From positions 268,554 to 332,553 of the forward strand of contig CAYSSX010000003.1 of assembly GCA_964434115.1 (NCBI GenBank): a stretch of DNA of 64,000 nucleotides, written 5' to 3'. Position numbers and translations under genes: made by a program. The first letter of the stretch is position 1. Each line of letters starts with the position of its first letter. The notes beneath the pieces are model-generated. The model was given only the letters and a program-made list of their open reading frames with translations. It made no database searches and was not told the DNA's origin. Shown here in pieces: positions 47,330 through 57,853 of the stretch. The stretch is from an uncultured bacterium (GTDB taxonomy: Bacteria > Omnitrophota > Omnitrophia > Omnitrophales > Aquincolibacteriaceae).

Positions 47330-48868
47330 ATGAATGAAACTCTTGTAATTCTCGATTTTGGTTCTCAGGTCACGCAGCTTATTGCCCGTCGTGCCCGTGA
47401 GCACAAAGTCTACTCGGTAATTCTTCCGTACCACGCCTCGATCGAAAAAATACAATCTTACCAGCCCAAGGCGCTGATTCTTTCCGGTTCACCGGCCAAT
47501 GTGTATGGACCGAAGGCTCCGATTCCCGATAAAAGAATTTTCTCGCTTGGCCTCCCGATCCTCGGTATCTGCTATGGCCTTCAACTCATCGCCCAGGTTT
47601 TTGGCGGCAAGGTTCACAAATCCAAAAAGCGCGAGTACGGTTTTGCGGAGATGAGTGTGAAAAGGCCCGGGGGGTTGTTTACGGGACTTCCTAAAAAAAT
47701 AACCTGCTGGATGAGCCACGGTGACAAGCTTGATAAGCTTCCCCCAGGCTTTCAAAGTGTTGGCGTTACGGCGAATTCGCCTGTGGCAGCCGTGGTGAGT
47801 GATAAGCGGCGCATTTATGGAGTCCAGTTTCATCCGGAAGTTGCCCATACGCCGATGGGATCAAAGATTATCGGAAACTTTCTTTTTGAGATTTGTAATT
47901 TTCACGGCGACTGGACACCGAAATCTTTTATCAATGAGAGTATTAAAAAAATCCGTGCATTGGTGGGCCGTCAGCGTGTGGTCCTTGGCCTTTCCGGCGG
48001 CGTCGACTCATCCGTTGCAGGGCTGCTTTTGCACAAAGCCATCGGCAAGCAGCTTACCTGTATCTATGTCGACAATGGCCTCATGCGTTTAAATGAAACG
48101 CAGAGAATCAAAGAGACCTTCAAAGACCATTTCCATATGAACATCAAGTTTGTAGATGCCTCCCGGTATTTCCTGAAAGCCCTTAAAGGGGTCAGCGACC
48201 CGGAGCAGAAGAGAAAAATTATCGGGCGTGTTTTTGTCGAAACCTTTGACCGGGAAGCTAAAAAACTTGGCAAGGTTCCGTTTCTTGCTCAAGGGACACT
48301 TTACCCGGACGTGATCGAATCCGTTTCCGTTCACGGGGGACCCACAAGCGTGATTAAAAGTCATCACAATGTTGGCGGGCTGCCGAAAGGAATGAAGTTT
48401 AAACTCGTGGAGCCTTTGCGGGAACTTTTCAAAGATGAGGTCCGTAAAGTGGGTGCGGCGCTGGGTCTTAAAGAAGAGCTTGTGAAGCGGCATCCGTTTC
48501 CCGGGCCCGGTCTGGGAGTTCGCATCCTGGGCGATATTACAAAAGAACGGGCCGATATTCTTCGTGAAGCCGATCACATCGCCATTGATGAGATCCGGAA
48601 AGCAGGTCTGTATGACAAAATCTGGCAGGCTTTTGTGGTATTACTTCCTGTCAATAGTGTCGGGGTCATGGGGGATGAGCGAACCTATGAAAACGTCGCG
48701 GCGGTCCGTGCTGTCACTTCCACCGATGGTATGACCGCGGATTGGGCGCGAATCCCTGATCTCGTGCTCGCAAGGATTTCGAACCGTATTATCAATGAAG
48801 TGCGCGGTATCAACCGTGTATGCTACGACATCTCAAGCAAGCCGCCGGCCACGATTGAGTGGGAATAG
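47330..48868 (+). CDS. guaA: GMP synthase (glutamine-hydrolysing)
   Basis: N-terminal GATase-1 domain (catalytic 'GICYGLQL', 'HPE'); ATP-PPase 'SGGVDSSV' P-loop; C-terminal dimerisation domain ending 'IEWE'. Confidence 0.9.
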   Translation: MNETLVILDFGSQVTQLIARRAREHKVYSVILPYHASIEKIQSYQPKALILSGSPANVYGPKAPIPDKRIFSLGLPILGICYGLQLIAQVFGGKVHKSKKREYGFAEMSVKRPGGLFTGLPKKITCWMSHGDKLDKLPPGFQSVGVTANSPVAAVVSDKRRIYGVQFHPEVAHTPMGSKIIGNFLFEICNFHGDWTPKSFINESIKKIRALVGRQRVVLGLSGGVDSSVAGLLLHKAIGKQLTCIYVDNGLMRLNETQRIKETFKDHFHMNIKFVDASRYFLKALKGVSDPEQKRKIIGRVFVETFDREAKKLGKVPFLAQGTLYPDVIESVSVHGGPTSVIKSHHNVGGLPKGMKFKLVEPLRELFKDEVRKVGAALGLKEELVKRHPFPGPGLGVRILGDITKERADILREADHIAIDEIRKAGLYDKIWQAFVVLLPVNSVGVMGDERTYENVAAVRAVTSTDGMTADWARIPDLVLARISNRIINEVRGINRVCYDISSKPPATIEWE

Positions 48869-48917
48869 CAGTCTGCACGCTTTGCATCTTTTAAAAAATC
48901 TTTTCTGGAAGTAAAGC

Positions 48918-51900
48918 ATGCCTCACGCCGAATTCGTTCATCTGCATTGTCACACGCAATACAGCCTTCTCGACTCCACCTGCAAGGTCTATGACCTCGT
49001 CAAGCGAGCGGTAGAACTCAAATTTCCAGCTTTGGCAATGACGGACAATGGTAACCTCTTCGGAGCCATCGAATTTTATTCGTCAGCGATGAAGCAGGGG
49101 GTTAAGCCTATCATCGGTATGGCGGCTTATATGGCGCCCAGCTCCCGCTTTGAGAAACAAACGCACGGCATTAAAGAAGCGTCCTTTCACCTGACTTTAC
49201 TTGCCCGCAACGAGACTGGATACCGCAACCTGCTAAAACTCACGAGTGCGGGCTATCTCGAGGGTTTTTATTACAGACCCCGCCTCGATAAGGAACTTTT
49301 AGCGCAGTACTCGGAAGGACTTATTGGGTTGACGGGCGGTCTTCGCGGCGAGATTCCGCACTACATCCTTCATGAGCAGCCGGCCGAGGTCAAGCGTGCC
49401 CTTGGAGAGTATTCGGATATTTTCGGGAAAGAAAATTTCTTTTTTGAAATGATGGACCACAATCTGGAACCGGAGAAGCGGCTGATCGCGGAATATCTCC
49501 GCCTCTCAAAAGAAACGGGGATCGGCTATGTAGCGACCAATGCGGTCCGTTACATTCATCGCCAAGATGCTGCGGCGCACGATGCCCTTCTTTGTATTGG
49601 GCTCGGCGCCACGGTTGAAGAGCAGAACCGTTTCCGCTACGAAGGCGATCATTACTATCTAAAATCTGAACAGGAAATGGCGGCCAGTTTCAGGGAAATT
49701 CCGCGGGCACTTAAAAACACAGTCGAAATCGCCAATCGCTGCAATGTTGAATTTGATTTTAATAAAATACATCTGCCTCGTTTTGAGCCGCCCCAGGGTA
49801 AGACGCTAGACGCTTACCTCGAAGAACTTTGCCATCAATTTCTTTCCAAACGCCTCAATGGACAGATTCCTGAAAACTATGAAAGCCGTCTCCGGTATGA
49901 GCTCGGCGTTATTATTAAAATGGGATATACCGGGTATTTCCTCATTGTTTGGGACTTTATTCATTACGCAAAGCAGCAGGGAATCCCGGTAGGCCCTGGC
50001 CGCGGATCTGCGGCCGGAAGTCTCGTTGCTTATGCTCTGGGAATCACCGACATTGATCCCATTGTGCATGGCTTGATTTTTGAACGTTTTCTGAATCCTG
50101 AACGCGTAAGCATGCCTGATATCGATATCGACTTCTGCTATGAGCGGCGGGATGAAGTCATTGATTATGTGCGAAGAAAGTACGGTTCCGATAACGTGGC
50201 TCAGATTATTACTTTTGGAACCATGGCGGCAAAAGCTGCCATTCGTGACGTGGGCCGTGTTATGGGGTTTAGCTTTCAAGATACGGATCGCATTGCCAAG
50301 CTGATTCCCTTGGAGCTGAATATTACCCTGAAGCAGGCCATTGAAAAAGAACCCCAGCTTAAAGAGCTTATGGCGTCTGACCCTAAAGTGAACCGTTTGA
50401 TGGAGATGTCGAAGTCACTTGAAGGACTTGCCCGTCATGCTTCGACTCATGCTGCGGGCGTCGTTATATCCGATAAGCCGCTCACGGAGTATGTGGGGCT
50501 TTTTCGTGCCGGGGAACAGGTCTCTACTCAATTTACGATGAAGGATCTCGAAAAAATCGGTCTTCTCAAGATGGACTTTCTGGGCCTTAAAACCTTGACG
50601 ATGATTTTTCACACCCTTCAGATTCTTAAAAAAGCCAGAGGGATTGACCTCCATCTTGAAGATTTGAAACTGGATGACGTGAAAGCTTACGAAATGCTCG
50701 CCCGCGCAGAATCGGCCGGAGTGTTCCAGCTTGAAAGTTCGGGCATGCGGGACCTCCTCAAAAAAATGAAGCCGACCTGTTTTGATCATGTGGTCGCACT
50801 TCTCGCGCTCTATCGTCCGGGTCCGCTTGGCAGCGGCATGGTGGACGATTTCATTGAACGCATGCACAAACCCACCAGCATTAAATACGATCATCCGATC
50901 CTGGAACCGATTCTTAAGGAAACCTACGGCGTTATCCTTTATCAGGAACAGGTTATGAAAATCGTCAGCGATATGGCCGGATTCTCGCTTGCCAAAGCTG
51001 ATAATCTTCGCCGTGCTATCGGTAAAAAAATTCCAGAAGTCATGGAGCGTGAAAAGCAGGCTTTTGTGGAAGGTTCTGCAAAAAGCGGCGTTAAGAAAAC
51101 CATCGCGGAAAAAATTTGGAACCTGATTGATTATTTTTCAGGTTACGGTTTTAACAAGTCTCACTCCACGGCCTATGCGCTGATCTCATATCATACGGCT
51201 TATCTTAAAGCGCATTATCCTCTGGAGTTTATGACAGCCCTTCTCACGTCGGAAATGGGGAACACGGATAAAGTTGTCCGTTATATTGAAGAAAGCAAAA
51301 AAATGGGGATTCGTACTTTGCCGCCGTCTGTGAATGAAAGCTTTGCTGAATTCACATGCGCCGAAAACCACATTCGATTTGGCATGGCGGCGGTTAAGAA
51401 TGTAGGAACCACAGCCATTGATTCTATTTTGGAAGCGCGTAGGAAAGACGGCCCGTTTAAATCTTTCTTTGAATTTACGGAGAGAGTCGATTTGCGTGTT
51501 TGTAATCGCAAGGTGCTGGAAAGTTTAATCAAATGCGGCGCCTTCGACTGCTGGAATTTAAAGCGCGCTCAGCTCATGGCTTTGATTGACCGCGCCTTGG
51601 AGGCTGGGTCTACCCTTCAGAAAGACCGTACACGAGGGCAGCTGTCTTTTTTTGGGGGCAGTGCTGCGGCTGTGGAGGACTTTACGGAAGGGACGCAGGA
51701 CATTCCGGATATTCCCGAGTGGCCGGAAAGTCAGATGCTTGCCTACGAGCGGGAACTTCTTGGTTTTTATGTCACCTCGCACCCGCTTTCAAAATATGCT
51801 AAGCAGCTGGAAACGTATGCGACGGCATCGAGTGACCGCTTGTCCGAATTTGGCGACAATGAGGAAGTGACCCTTGGTGGTATCGTCGACTCTATTAAAG

Positions 51901-52358
51901 AACACTTCACTAAAAAAGGTGATCGCATGGCCTTTGTGGGGCTGCAGGATTTAAGCGGGACGCTGGAGGTTATCGTTTTCCCGGAAACCTATAAAGCCTC
52001 ACAGAGCCTGTTGCAAAAAGACAAAACTGTTTTTGTGCGAGGAAAAATCAACCTCCGCGATGATGCGCCCAAAGTTATTGCGGATGAAATTATTCCTTTG
52101 GATGAAGTGCAGAAAAGATTCACTAAAATGGTATCGATTGATTTGCAAACAGCCGGCCTTCGGCCCGAAGTTCTTCAAGAAATCAAACAGCTTCTGCTTC
52201 GCCATAAAGGCCTCACGCCTGTTTACTTGCGTTTTCGTGATCCGCAGGGAAAAACCGCAGTTTTGAATTCCGGAGACGAGTTAAAAGTTGAAACTTCGGA
52301 TGAACTCTTCCAGGAACTACACCGCCTTTTAGGCGAAGGCGCTGTAAAAGTTCGTTAA
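48918..52358 (+). CDS. dnaE: DNA polymerase III alpha subunit
   Basis: 1146 aa. PHP domain 'FVHLHCHTQYSLLDS'; polymerase core 'PDIDIDF'; OB-fold and C-terminal domains. Confidence 0.95.
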   Translation: MPHAEFVHLHCHTQYSLLDSTCKVYDLVKRAVELKFPALAMTDNGNLFGAIEFYSSAMKQGVKPIIGMAAYMAPSSRFEKQTHGIKEASFHLTLLARNETGYRNLLKLTSAGYLEGFYYRPRLDKELLAQYSEGLIGLTGGLRGEIPHYILHEQPAEVKRALGEYSDIFGKENFFFEMMDHNLEPEKRLIAEYLRLSKETGIGYVATNAVRYIHRQDAAAHDALLCIGLGATVEEQNRFRYEGDHYYLKSEQEMAASFREIPRALKNTVEIANRCNVEFDFNKIHLPRFEPPQGKTLDAYLEELCHQFLSKRLNGQIPENYESRLRYELGVIIKMGYTGYFLIVWDFIHYAKQQGIPVGPGRGSAAGSLVAYALGITDIDPIVHGLIFERFLNPERVSMPDIDIDFCYERRDEVIDYVRRKYGSDNVAQIITFGTMAAKAAIRDVGRVMGFSFQDTDRIAKLIPLELNITLKQAIEKEPQLKELMASDPKVNRLMEMSKSLEGLARHASTHAAGVVISDKPLTEYVGLFRAGEQVSTQFTMKDLEKIGLLKMDFLGLKTLTMIFHTLQILKKARGIDLHLEDLKLDDVKAYEMLARAESAGVFQLESSGMRDLLKKMKPTCFDHVVALLALYRPGPLGSGMVDDFIERMHKPTSIKYDHPILEPILKETYGVILYQEQVMKIVSDMAGFSLAKADNLRRAIGKKIPEVMEREKQAFVEGSAKSGVKKTIAEKIWNLIDYFSGYGFNKSHSTAYALISYHTAYLKAHYPLEFMTALLTSEMGNTDKVVRYIEESKKMGIRTLPPSVNESFAEFTCAENHIRFGMAAVKNVGTTAIDSILEARRKDGPFKSFFEFTERVDLRVCNRKVLESLIKCGAFDCWNLKRAQLMALIDRALEAGSTLQKDRTRGQLSFFGGSAAAVEDFTEGTQDIPDIPEWPESQMLAYERELLGFYVTSHPLSKYAKQLETYATASSDRLSEFGDNEEVTLGGIVDSIKEHFTKKGDRMAFVGLQDLSGTLEVIVFPETYKASQSLLQKDKTVFVRGKINLRDDAPKVIADEIIPLDEVQKRFTKMVSIDLQTAGLRPEVLQEIKQLLLRHKGLTPVYLRFRDPQGKTAVLNSGDELKVETSDELFQELHRLLGEGAVKVR

Positions 52359-52409
52359 AAAAAACTTCATTTTTTATAACTTAATGCCGTATCGTCATTT
52401 ATAGCAGAA

Positions 52410-52449
52410 AAGATGCTTGACAGAGGCGAAAGCATCTGTTAGCTTTTTT
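52410..52449 (+). terminator. Candidate intrinsic terminator after dnaE
   Basis: Perfect 8-bp inverted repeat 'agatgctt'(N11)'aagcatct' followed, after 6 nt, by a T7 run. Confidence 0.4.
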
Positions 52450-52520
52450 TGTGTATCTATAATGTTCTCAAGCATTTATAGAATGACCCGCCACACGGGC
52501 CACTAGAGGAGGTGAGGCGC

Positions 52521-52793
52521 GTGACCAAAAAAGATATTGTAATGAAAGTCTCTAACGAGACGAATCTCACGCAAATCGATGTTAAGAAAATTGTCCAGCG
52601 GACTCTTGATGTGATTCTCGAGAGTTTGGAACGTGGGGAGACGGTAGAACTTCGTAATTTCGGCGTTTTCAAAGTGAAAAGCCGCAGAGGCCGTCTTGGA
52701 AGGAACCCTCGTACCGGGCAGGAAGTCAGCGTCCCCGAAAAAAAAGTTGTCGTTTTCAAGCCGGGGCTAGTCATCAAGAATAAAATTAAATAA
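52521..52793 (+). CDS. hup: HU/IHF-family nucleoid-associated DNA-binding protein
   Basis: 'TKKDIV...VELRNFGVFKVKSRRGRLGRNPRTGQEVSVPEKKVVVFKPG' is a classic HU arm. GTG start at 52521 with AGGAGG 9 nt upstream; the ORF-track start at 52512 abuts the Shine-Dalgarno. Confidence 0.8.
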   Translation: MTKKDIVMKVSNETNLTQIDVKKIVQRTLDVILESLERGETVELRNFGVFKVKSRRGRLGRNPRTGQEVSVPEKKVVVFKPGLVIKNKIK

Positions 52794-52847
52794 GTAAGAA
52801 TTTTTCTGTGATGCCCCCGGCGGGGTTAAGAACAGAGGGAGGATCGA

Positions 52848-53090
52848 ATGCCGGATAAAGGTAAAGTGAAATGGTTTTCCAACGTCAAGGGGTATGGATT
52901 CCTGACCAAGGAAGGCTTTGACAAGGATATTTTCGCCCATTACTCGGCGATTCAAGCGGAGGGTTATAAGACCCTTGATCCGGATGAAGAGGTCGAGTTT
53001 GAAATTGTGGATGGCGAACGTGGACCGCAGGCAAAAAATATCGTTCGCACTAAGAAGGCTCAAAAAACTAAAGAAGGCGAAAAGGCCTAG
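52848..53090 (+). CDS. cspA: Cold-shock protein (CspA family)
   Basis: '[15 protein letters not shown]' RNP1 and 'IFAHYSAI' RNP2 motifs; GGGAGG Shine-Dalgarno. Confidence 0.9.
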   Translation: MPDKGKVKWFSNVKGYGFLTKEGFDKDIFAHYSAIQAEGYKTLDPDEEVEFEIVDGERGPQAKNIVRTKKAQKTKEGEKA

Positions 53091-53163
53091 ATCTCCCGCC
53101 CTCTTCATTGGATGTCTTCAAATGCTCTGGCTTCTTCCAGGGCATTTGTTTTTTTAAATCCTC

Positions 53164-53958
53164 ATGGAACAGTCATCCCGCCGGCTTCGGCGTTTTTATT
53201 CCCAGGACAAACTTCCTTCCGAATCGCAGGTTTTTTGTCTGCCCCCGGAAGAGTCCCGCCATCTCGGGCAAATTCTCCGGTTGAAACCCGGGGATTCCTG
53301 TCTTGTTCTTGATTCTCAAGGTGTTGAGGTTCAGGCTTCCTTTCGTGGGTTCAAACCCGATGGCCGGGCAGAACTTATGGTTGTTCGAAGACACGAAACG
53401 AAAGCCGTAACCTCCTGCCCTATCCGCATTTATCAAGCAATCCCAAAAGGGGTCAAATTCGAAACCCTTATACAGAAGGCCCAGGAAATTGGATTGTTAG
53501 CAGTGATTCCACTTGTTACGGAAAGAACCATTGTAAGAATTGACCCAAAAAAGGAATCCCCAAAAATGGTTCGCTGGCATAAAATAGCTGCCGAAGCTGC
53601 AAAGCAGTCGGGCTGCCGTACCGCCCTTGAAATAGCGTCCCCGATGTCTTTACCCGGGGCAATAGACTCACTGGGGCCAAAATCGATTGTCGCGGTTCTT
53701 CATCCTGTGGAATCGGCCATGCCGCTGAAGGTCTGGGCGGAACACTTGGCTGATCAGAAGGATAGTGTTTCTTTCGAGGCCATCAATCTTTTTATTGGTC
53801 CGGAAGGCGGTTTCTCACGCAGAGAAATAGAGTCGTTGGAAAAAGCGGCGGTTAAAAATCACTGGGGTTTTCACTTGATCGGTTTGGGCCCCTCGATTCT
53901 TAAGACAGATACCGCTTTTATCGGAATAGCGGCTTTTTTAAAATTCTGGCTTGAATAG
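53164..53958 (+). CDS. rsmE: 16S rRNA (uracil1498-N3)-methyltransferase RsmE
   Basis: 'RRFY...ESRHLGQILRLKPGD' PUA-like N-terminus; SPOUT C-terminus 'LFIGPEGGFSRREIE'. Confidence 0.75.
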   Translation: MEQSSRRLRRFYSQDKLPSESQVFCLPPEESRHLGQILRLKPGDSCLVLDSQGVEVQASFRGFKPDGRAELMVVRRHETKAVTSCPIRIYQAIPKGVKFETLIQKAQEIGLLAVIPLVTERTIVRIDPKKESPKMVRWHKIAAEAAKQSGCRTALEIASPMSLPGAIDSLGPKSIVAVLHPVESAMPLKVWAEHLADQKDSVSFEAINLFIGPEGGFSRREIESLEKAAVKNHWGFHLIGLGPSILKTDTAFIGIAAFLKFWLE

Positions 53959-53984
53959 TGTCCAACGGAGTCGGTTAATAGTTT

Positions 53985-55343
53985 ATGGAAAATGCTTTGA
54001 AAGAGCGTTTGGATCAGGCCAAGCGGGTTAAGTTCGTAACCCTGGGCTGCAAAGTCAATCAGTATGAAAGCCGGGGGATGCTTGAGTCTGTTGCGAAACA
54101 GGGGTTTCGTGAAGCCCTACCCGCTGAACGTGACTGTGAATTCGTGGTGATCAACACCTGCACTGTGACCGCCGACGCGGATAAAGAAAACCGCTACTGG
54201 ATCCGCCGCATGCGTAAGGAAAACCCTGCTGCAAAAATTGTGGTGACGGGCTGCTACGTGGAACGTAATCGTCCTGACGTAGAATCCATGGATGAAGTAG
54301 ACCTTGTTCTTTCCAATCATGACAAGGCGGATCTTGCGGGTCACCTTGAGGCCGGATGCGCGCTTCCAGCAGTGCAGGATGCGGAGGATGTCCGGCGTAA
54401 AAAAAACCAGTTTTCGCCGCTTGAAATATCCTCTTTTCAGGGCAATGGCAGGGCCTATGTAAAAATTCAGGACGGCTGCAACCATGCCTGTTCTTTTTGT
54501 AAAGTGGTGATGGTTCGGGGGCGTTCTCGAAGCCGGTCACTTCCCGATATTGTGAATGAAGTAAAACGCTTAAGTGACTCAGGGTACCGCGAAATTGTAT
54601 TTGCCGGCATTCAACTCGGGGCTTACGGCCTTGACTTGGAAAAGAGCAATGCGCTCTGCGAAGTTCTCGAGGCTTGTTGTGCTGTTGACGGTATTGACCG
54701 TCTAAGACTCAGTTCTATTGAACCCACGGATGTGCGCCCCGAACTCATAGCGGCACTTCGCGACATTCCCAAGTGCTGTGCCCATCTCCATATTCCCCTT
54801 CAAAGCGGGGACGATGAGGTCTTGAAAGGTATGAACCGCCGTTATGGGCGTGAGTTTTATATCGACCTTGCGGCGCGGCTCAAGGCGGCTATTCCGGATT
54901 TTTCTCTGACTCTCGATGTGATGGCAGGCTTTCCCGGGGAAACCGAAGAGGCTTTTCAAAATACGCTGAAACTCTTATACGCAGTGAATCCTTTAAAGTG
55001 CCATGTCTTCCCGTATTCCGCCCGTGAAGGGACACGCGCTTTCCGTTTTGAAAATAGCGTTCCCGCTGACGTGATCCGCCAACGCGTCAGAGATCTTATT
55101 GCTGCGGGGGATTCTTTGGGGCGTGCTGAACGAATCAAGTATGCGGGCCGGACATTTCCAGTGCTGGTCGAAAAGAAGCTGGAGCGGGGAGGTTTTGTTC
55201 AGGGATTGACCCACAACTATTTAAAAGTTTGTTTTCAAGGGAATGAACAAGATGTTGGAACAACGGTTCCTGTGGAGCTGATCAGCCTCGAAGGAGACGT
55301 TTTTTTAGGACGTCCTCAGCGTTTGGCCCACTCAGGCCTCTAA
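53985..55343 (+). CDS. Radical-SAM tRNA methylthiotransferase (MiaB/MtaB family)
   Basis: N-terminal MTTase Cys triad ('GCKVNQYES', 'NTCTV', 'GCYVE'); radical-SAM 'CNHACSFC'; C-terminal TRAM domain. Confidence 0.8.
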   Translation: MENALKERLDQAKRVKFVTLGCKVNQYESRGMLESVAKQGFREALPAERDCEFVVINTCTVTADADKENRYWIRRMRKENPAAKIVVTGCYVERNRPDVESMDEVDLVLSNHDKADLAGHLEAGCALPAVQDAEDVRRKKNQFSPLEISSFQGNGRAYVKIQDGCNHACSFCKVVMVRGRSRSRSLPDIVNEVKRLSDSGYREIVFAGIQLGAYGLDLEKSNALCEVLEACCAVDGIDRLRLSSIEPTDVRPELIAALRDIPKCCAHLHIPLQSGDDEVLKGMNRRYGREFYIDLAARLKAAIPDFSLTLDVMAGFPGETEEAFQNTLKLLYAVNPLKCHVFPYSAREGTRAFRFENSVPADVIRQRVRDLIAAGDSLGRAERIKYAGRTFPVLVEKKLERGGFVQGLTHNYLKVCFQGNEQDVGTTVPVELISLEGDVFLGRPQRLAHSGL

Positions 55344-55359
55344 ACTTTAGGAAAGTGAT

Positions 55360-55932
55360 ATGCTGGACTGGGTATTCGGATGGTTTGATAAGCTGGCCCA
55401 AACAGCTTTACTGCATTATCTGATTGAGCATTTTCAATGGGTGGATTGGTTTGCCGTGCTCTTTCTTGTTTTAGGCATCATCTACGGAATCCAAAATGGC
55501 CTCTTGGCCGAAGTCGCTGAAATTGGCCAGATTATGGCGGTCATTTACTTAACCTATGAATTTAATACAAAAGTTGAAAACTTTATTCGCAATTACGTTG
55601 ATTTTGTTCCGCATGACACGGTGAGAGCAACAGCTTTTATTGTGACTGGCGGTGTTCTTTGGGGAATAGCCGCGCTCATTTTTAAATTGCTGAGACGCTT
55701 TTTCCACGCACAGGTAGCTGCCCCGCTCCGCTATGCGGGAGGAGCTCTTCTGGGCGGTTTTCATCTCCTGATCATCTTCAGTTTCATTTGTCAGGCGATA
55801 CTGCTTCTTCCATACCGTCAGCCTAAAAAGGCCTTTGAAAGCGGAGCTTCATATTCCGGGCGATACATTGCGGATCTGGCGCCTAGAATCCACGATATGG
55901 TTTCCAGCCCAGAAAACATCGCATCACGCTGA
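55360..55932 (+). CDS. cvpA: CvpA-family membrane protein
   Basis: Four hydrophobic helices; the N-terminal 'DWFAVLFLVLGIIYGIQNGLLAEV' resembles CvpA. Confidence 0.6.
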   Translation: MLDWVFGWFDKLAQTALLHYLIEHFQWVDWFAVLFLVLGIIYGIQNGLLAEVAEIGQIMAVIYLTYEFNTKVENFIRNYVDFVPHDTVRATAFIVTGGVLWGIAALIFKLLRRFFHAQVAAPLRYAGGALLGGFHLLIIFSFICQAILLLPYRQPKKAFESGASYSGRYIADLAPRIHDMVSSPENIASR

Positions 55933-55986
55933 AACCCCGGATTTATTCTAAAAATCTTTTAAGTCATCGGACTACGGAAAGCTTAG

Positions 55987-57798
55987 ATGCGTTTTGACGA
56001 CAGAGTGGTTGATCAAGTCCAAACAGCTTGTGACATTGTAGATGTCATCTCGCAGGTTGTTCCTCTTAAAAAAGCCGGCCGGAATTTCAAAGGCCGCTGT
56101 CCTTTCCATGAAGAAAAAACCCCATCGTTTATGGTGAGTGCCGAAAAACAGATCTATCACTGTTTTGGCTGCGGCGCAGGGGGGAATGTTTTTGGCTTTC
56201 TTATGCAGTATGAGAATCTTAGTTTTCCGGAAGCGCTTCGCAGGCTTGCTGACCGGGCGCATATCCGCCTGCCCGAAAAATCCGAGGCCCGCCGTGAGGG
56301 ACAAAGTGAGCAAGAGAAAATTTACGAAATCTATCAAATCGCGGCTGATTATTACCGCGATCTTTTTTGGCATCCGGAGCAAGGAAAAACCGCGCGCGAT
56401 TACTTTGAGAAGCGGGGGTTCAGTCTGGATTTAGCCAAAGAGTTTCAGGTGGGCTGGGCGCCTGATGCCTGGAGAGGACTCTTTGAGCATTTGAGCAAGA
56501 AAGGGATGTCCGAGGCCTTTATTTTAAAGGCCCGTCTTATCAACCGCTCCGACAAGGGAAACGTTTATGATGTTTTCCGGGGGCGTCTCATGTTTCCAAT
56601 CCATAATCTTCAAGGCAAAGTGGTGGCTTTTGGCGGCCGGCTGGTCGCGGACTCGGAAGGCCCCAAGTATTTGAACTCGCCCGAAAACCCTATTTTTATA
56701 AAGCGGCGCGAATTATTTGGACTGCACAACGCGAAAAAATTTTTAAACCGGGAGTTTCCAAGGATTATTGTTTCCGAAGGCTATCTAGATCTTTTAAGAC
56801 TTTACGAAAAAGGTTTTAAAGCGTCCGTTGCAACTTTGGGAACGTCTTTGACGGAAGAGCATGTTGCGGTGCTTAAGCGCTTTGTGGAAGAGGCTGTTGT
56901 TGTTTATGACGGCGATAAGGCAGGGGAGGCCGCCTCTCTGCGCGGGCTTGAGGTGTTTCTTGAAGGAGGCTTAAACGTAAAGCTTGTTCGTTTGCCGGAG
57001 GGGTTTGATCCGGATGACTTTCTTTTAAAAAAGGGTGCCCCGGAGTTTCAAAAACTGCTGGATGGGGCACAGGATTTTTTTGATTACAAAATCGAAGTTC
57101 TCTTGAGGAAGTACAATCGTGCTGAGTCCGCAGGGCTTGTTAAAATCACAAACGAGTCACTGGAAACACTCGCGAAGGTCGAAAACCCAGTGCTTCTTGA
57201 CCGGTACTTCCGTAAGCTTGCGGGGATTCTTGGTGTCGAAGCGTCATCGCTCCGGCAAGAGTTGCAGCGGATACGCGGCCAGCAAAACCGTGGGGACGCA
57301 AGCGCAAGGAATGCTTCATCTTCTTCTGGTGTTCCAGCGGCAAATAAAGCCCGTCCGGTTCCGGGCAAAGCGGAAGCTGACGAAAGTTTGATTCTGGCGC
57401 TGCTTGTGGAAGAGCCCAAAAGCCGTGAAAGTGTCCTTGGTGAAATGCTTGAGGATGATTTTTCCCAGCCTGCGACTAAAGCGCTTTACCGGGAGATTGT
57501 CCTGCTTCAGCAGTCTGAAAGCTCCTGGGCCTGGCCGCAGGTTCTTAACAAGGTGCAGGATTCTGAGCTTCGGAACCGCCTTATCAGTTGGACTGCCGTT
57601 GAGTGGACCGGTGAAGACCGTCACCGGGCCCTTCAGGATTGTTTGGCCTCTTTGAAGAAGAAACGTCTGCAAAAAAGACTCGATAATCTCCGGTCTGAGA
57701 TCACAAGGGCGGAGGCGCTGGGGGATCAAGGCCTTGTTTTGACCTATACGACAGAATACCAAAGCCTATTACAGCAAATAAGATACAAAGATTTTTAA
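55987..57798 (+). CDS. dnaG: DNA primase
   Basis: Zinc-ribbon 'CPFHEEKTPSFMVSAEKQIYHCFGCGAGGNVFGF'; TOPRIM 'IIVSEGYLD...VYDGDKAGEAA'. Confidence 0.9.
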   Translation: MRFDDRVVDQVQTACDIVDVISQVVPLKKAGRNFKGRCPFHEEKTPSFMVSAEKQIYHCFGCGAGGNVFGFLMQYENLSFPEALRRLADRAHIRLPEKSEARREGQSEQEKIYEIYQIAADYYRDLFWHPEQGKTARDYFEKRGFSLDLAKEFQVGWAPDAWRGLFEHLSKKGMSEAFILKARLINRSDKGNVYDVFRGRLMFPIHNLQGKVVAFGGRLVADSEGPKYLNSPENPIFIKRRELFGLHNAKKFLNREFPRIIVSEGYLDLLRLYEKGFKASVATLGTSLTEEHVAVLKRFVEEAVVVYDGDKAGEAASLRGLEVFLEGGLNVKLVRLPEGFDPDDFLLKKGAPEFQKLLDGAQDFFDYKIEVLLRKYNRAESAGLVKITNESLETLAKVENPVLLDRYFRKLAGILGVEASSLRQELQRIRGQQNRGDASARNASSSSGVPAANKARPVPGKAEADESLILALLVEEPKSRESVLGEMLEDDFSQPATKALYREIVLLQQSESSWAWPQVLNKVQDSELRNRLISWTAVEWTGEDRHRALQDCLASLKKKRLQKRLDNLRSEITRAEALGDQGLVLTYTTEYQSLLQQIRYKDF

Positions 57799-57853
57799 CC
57801 ACCTCGCAGTTTTCCCTAGCGTAAACCCTGAAAGTCCCTATAATTGACGTTTT

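Noticed and set aside
47271-47330. Hairpin 'gtgaaaag...cttttcac' between the guaB-like gene and guaA as a terminator
   Set aside because: The 8-bp stem has a 26-nt loop and no downstream T-run, and guaA follows 20 nt later. It is more likely neutral or a weak RNA processing site than a terminator.
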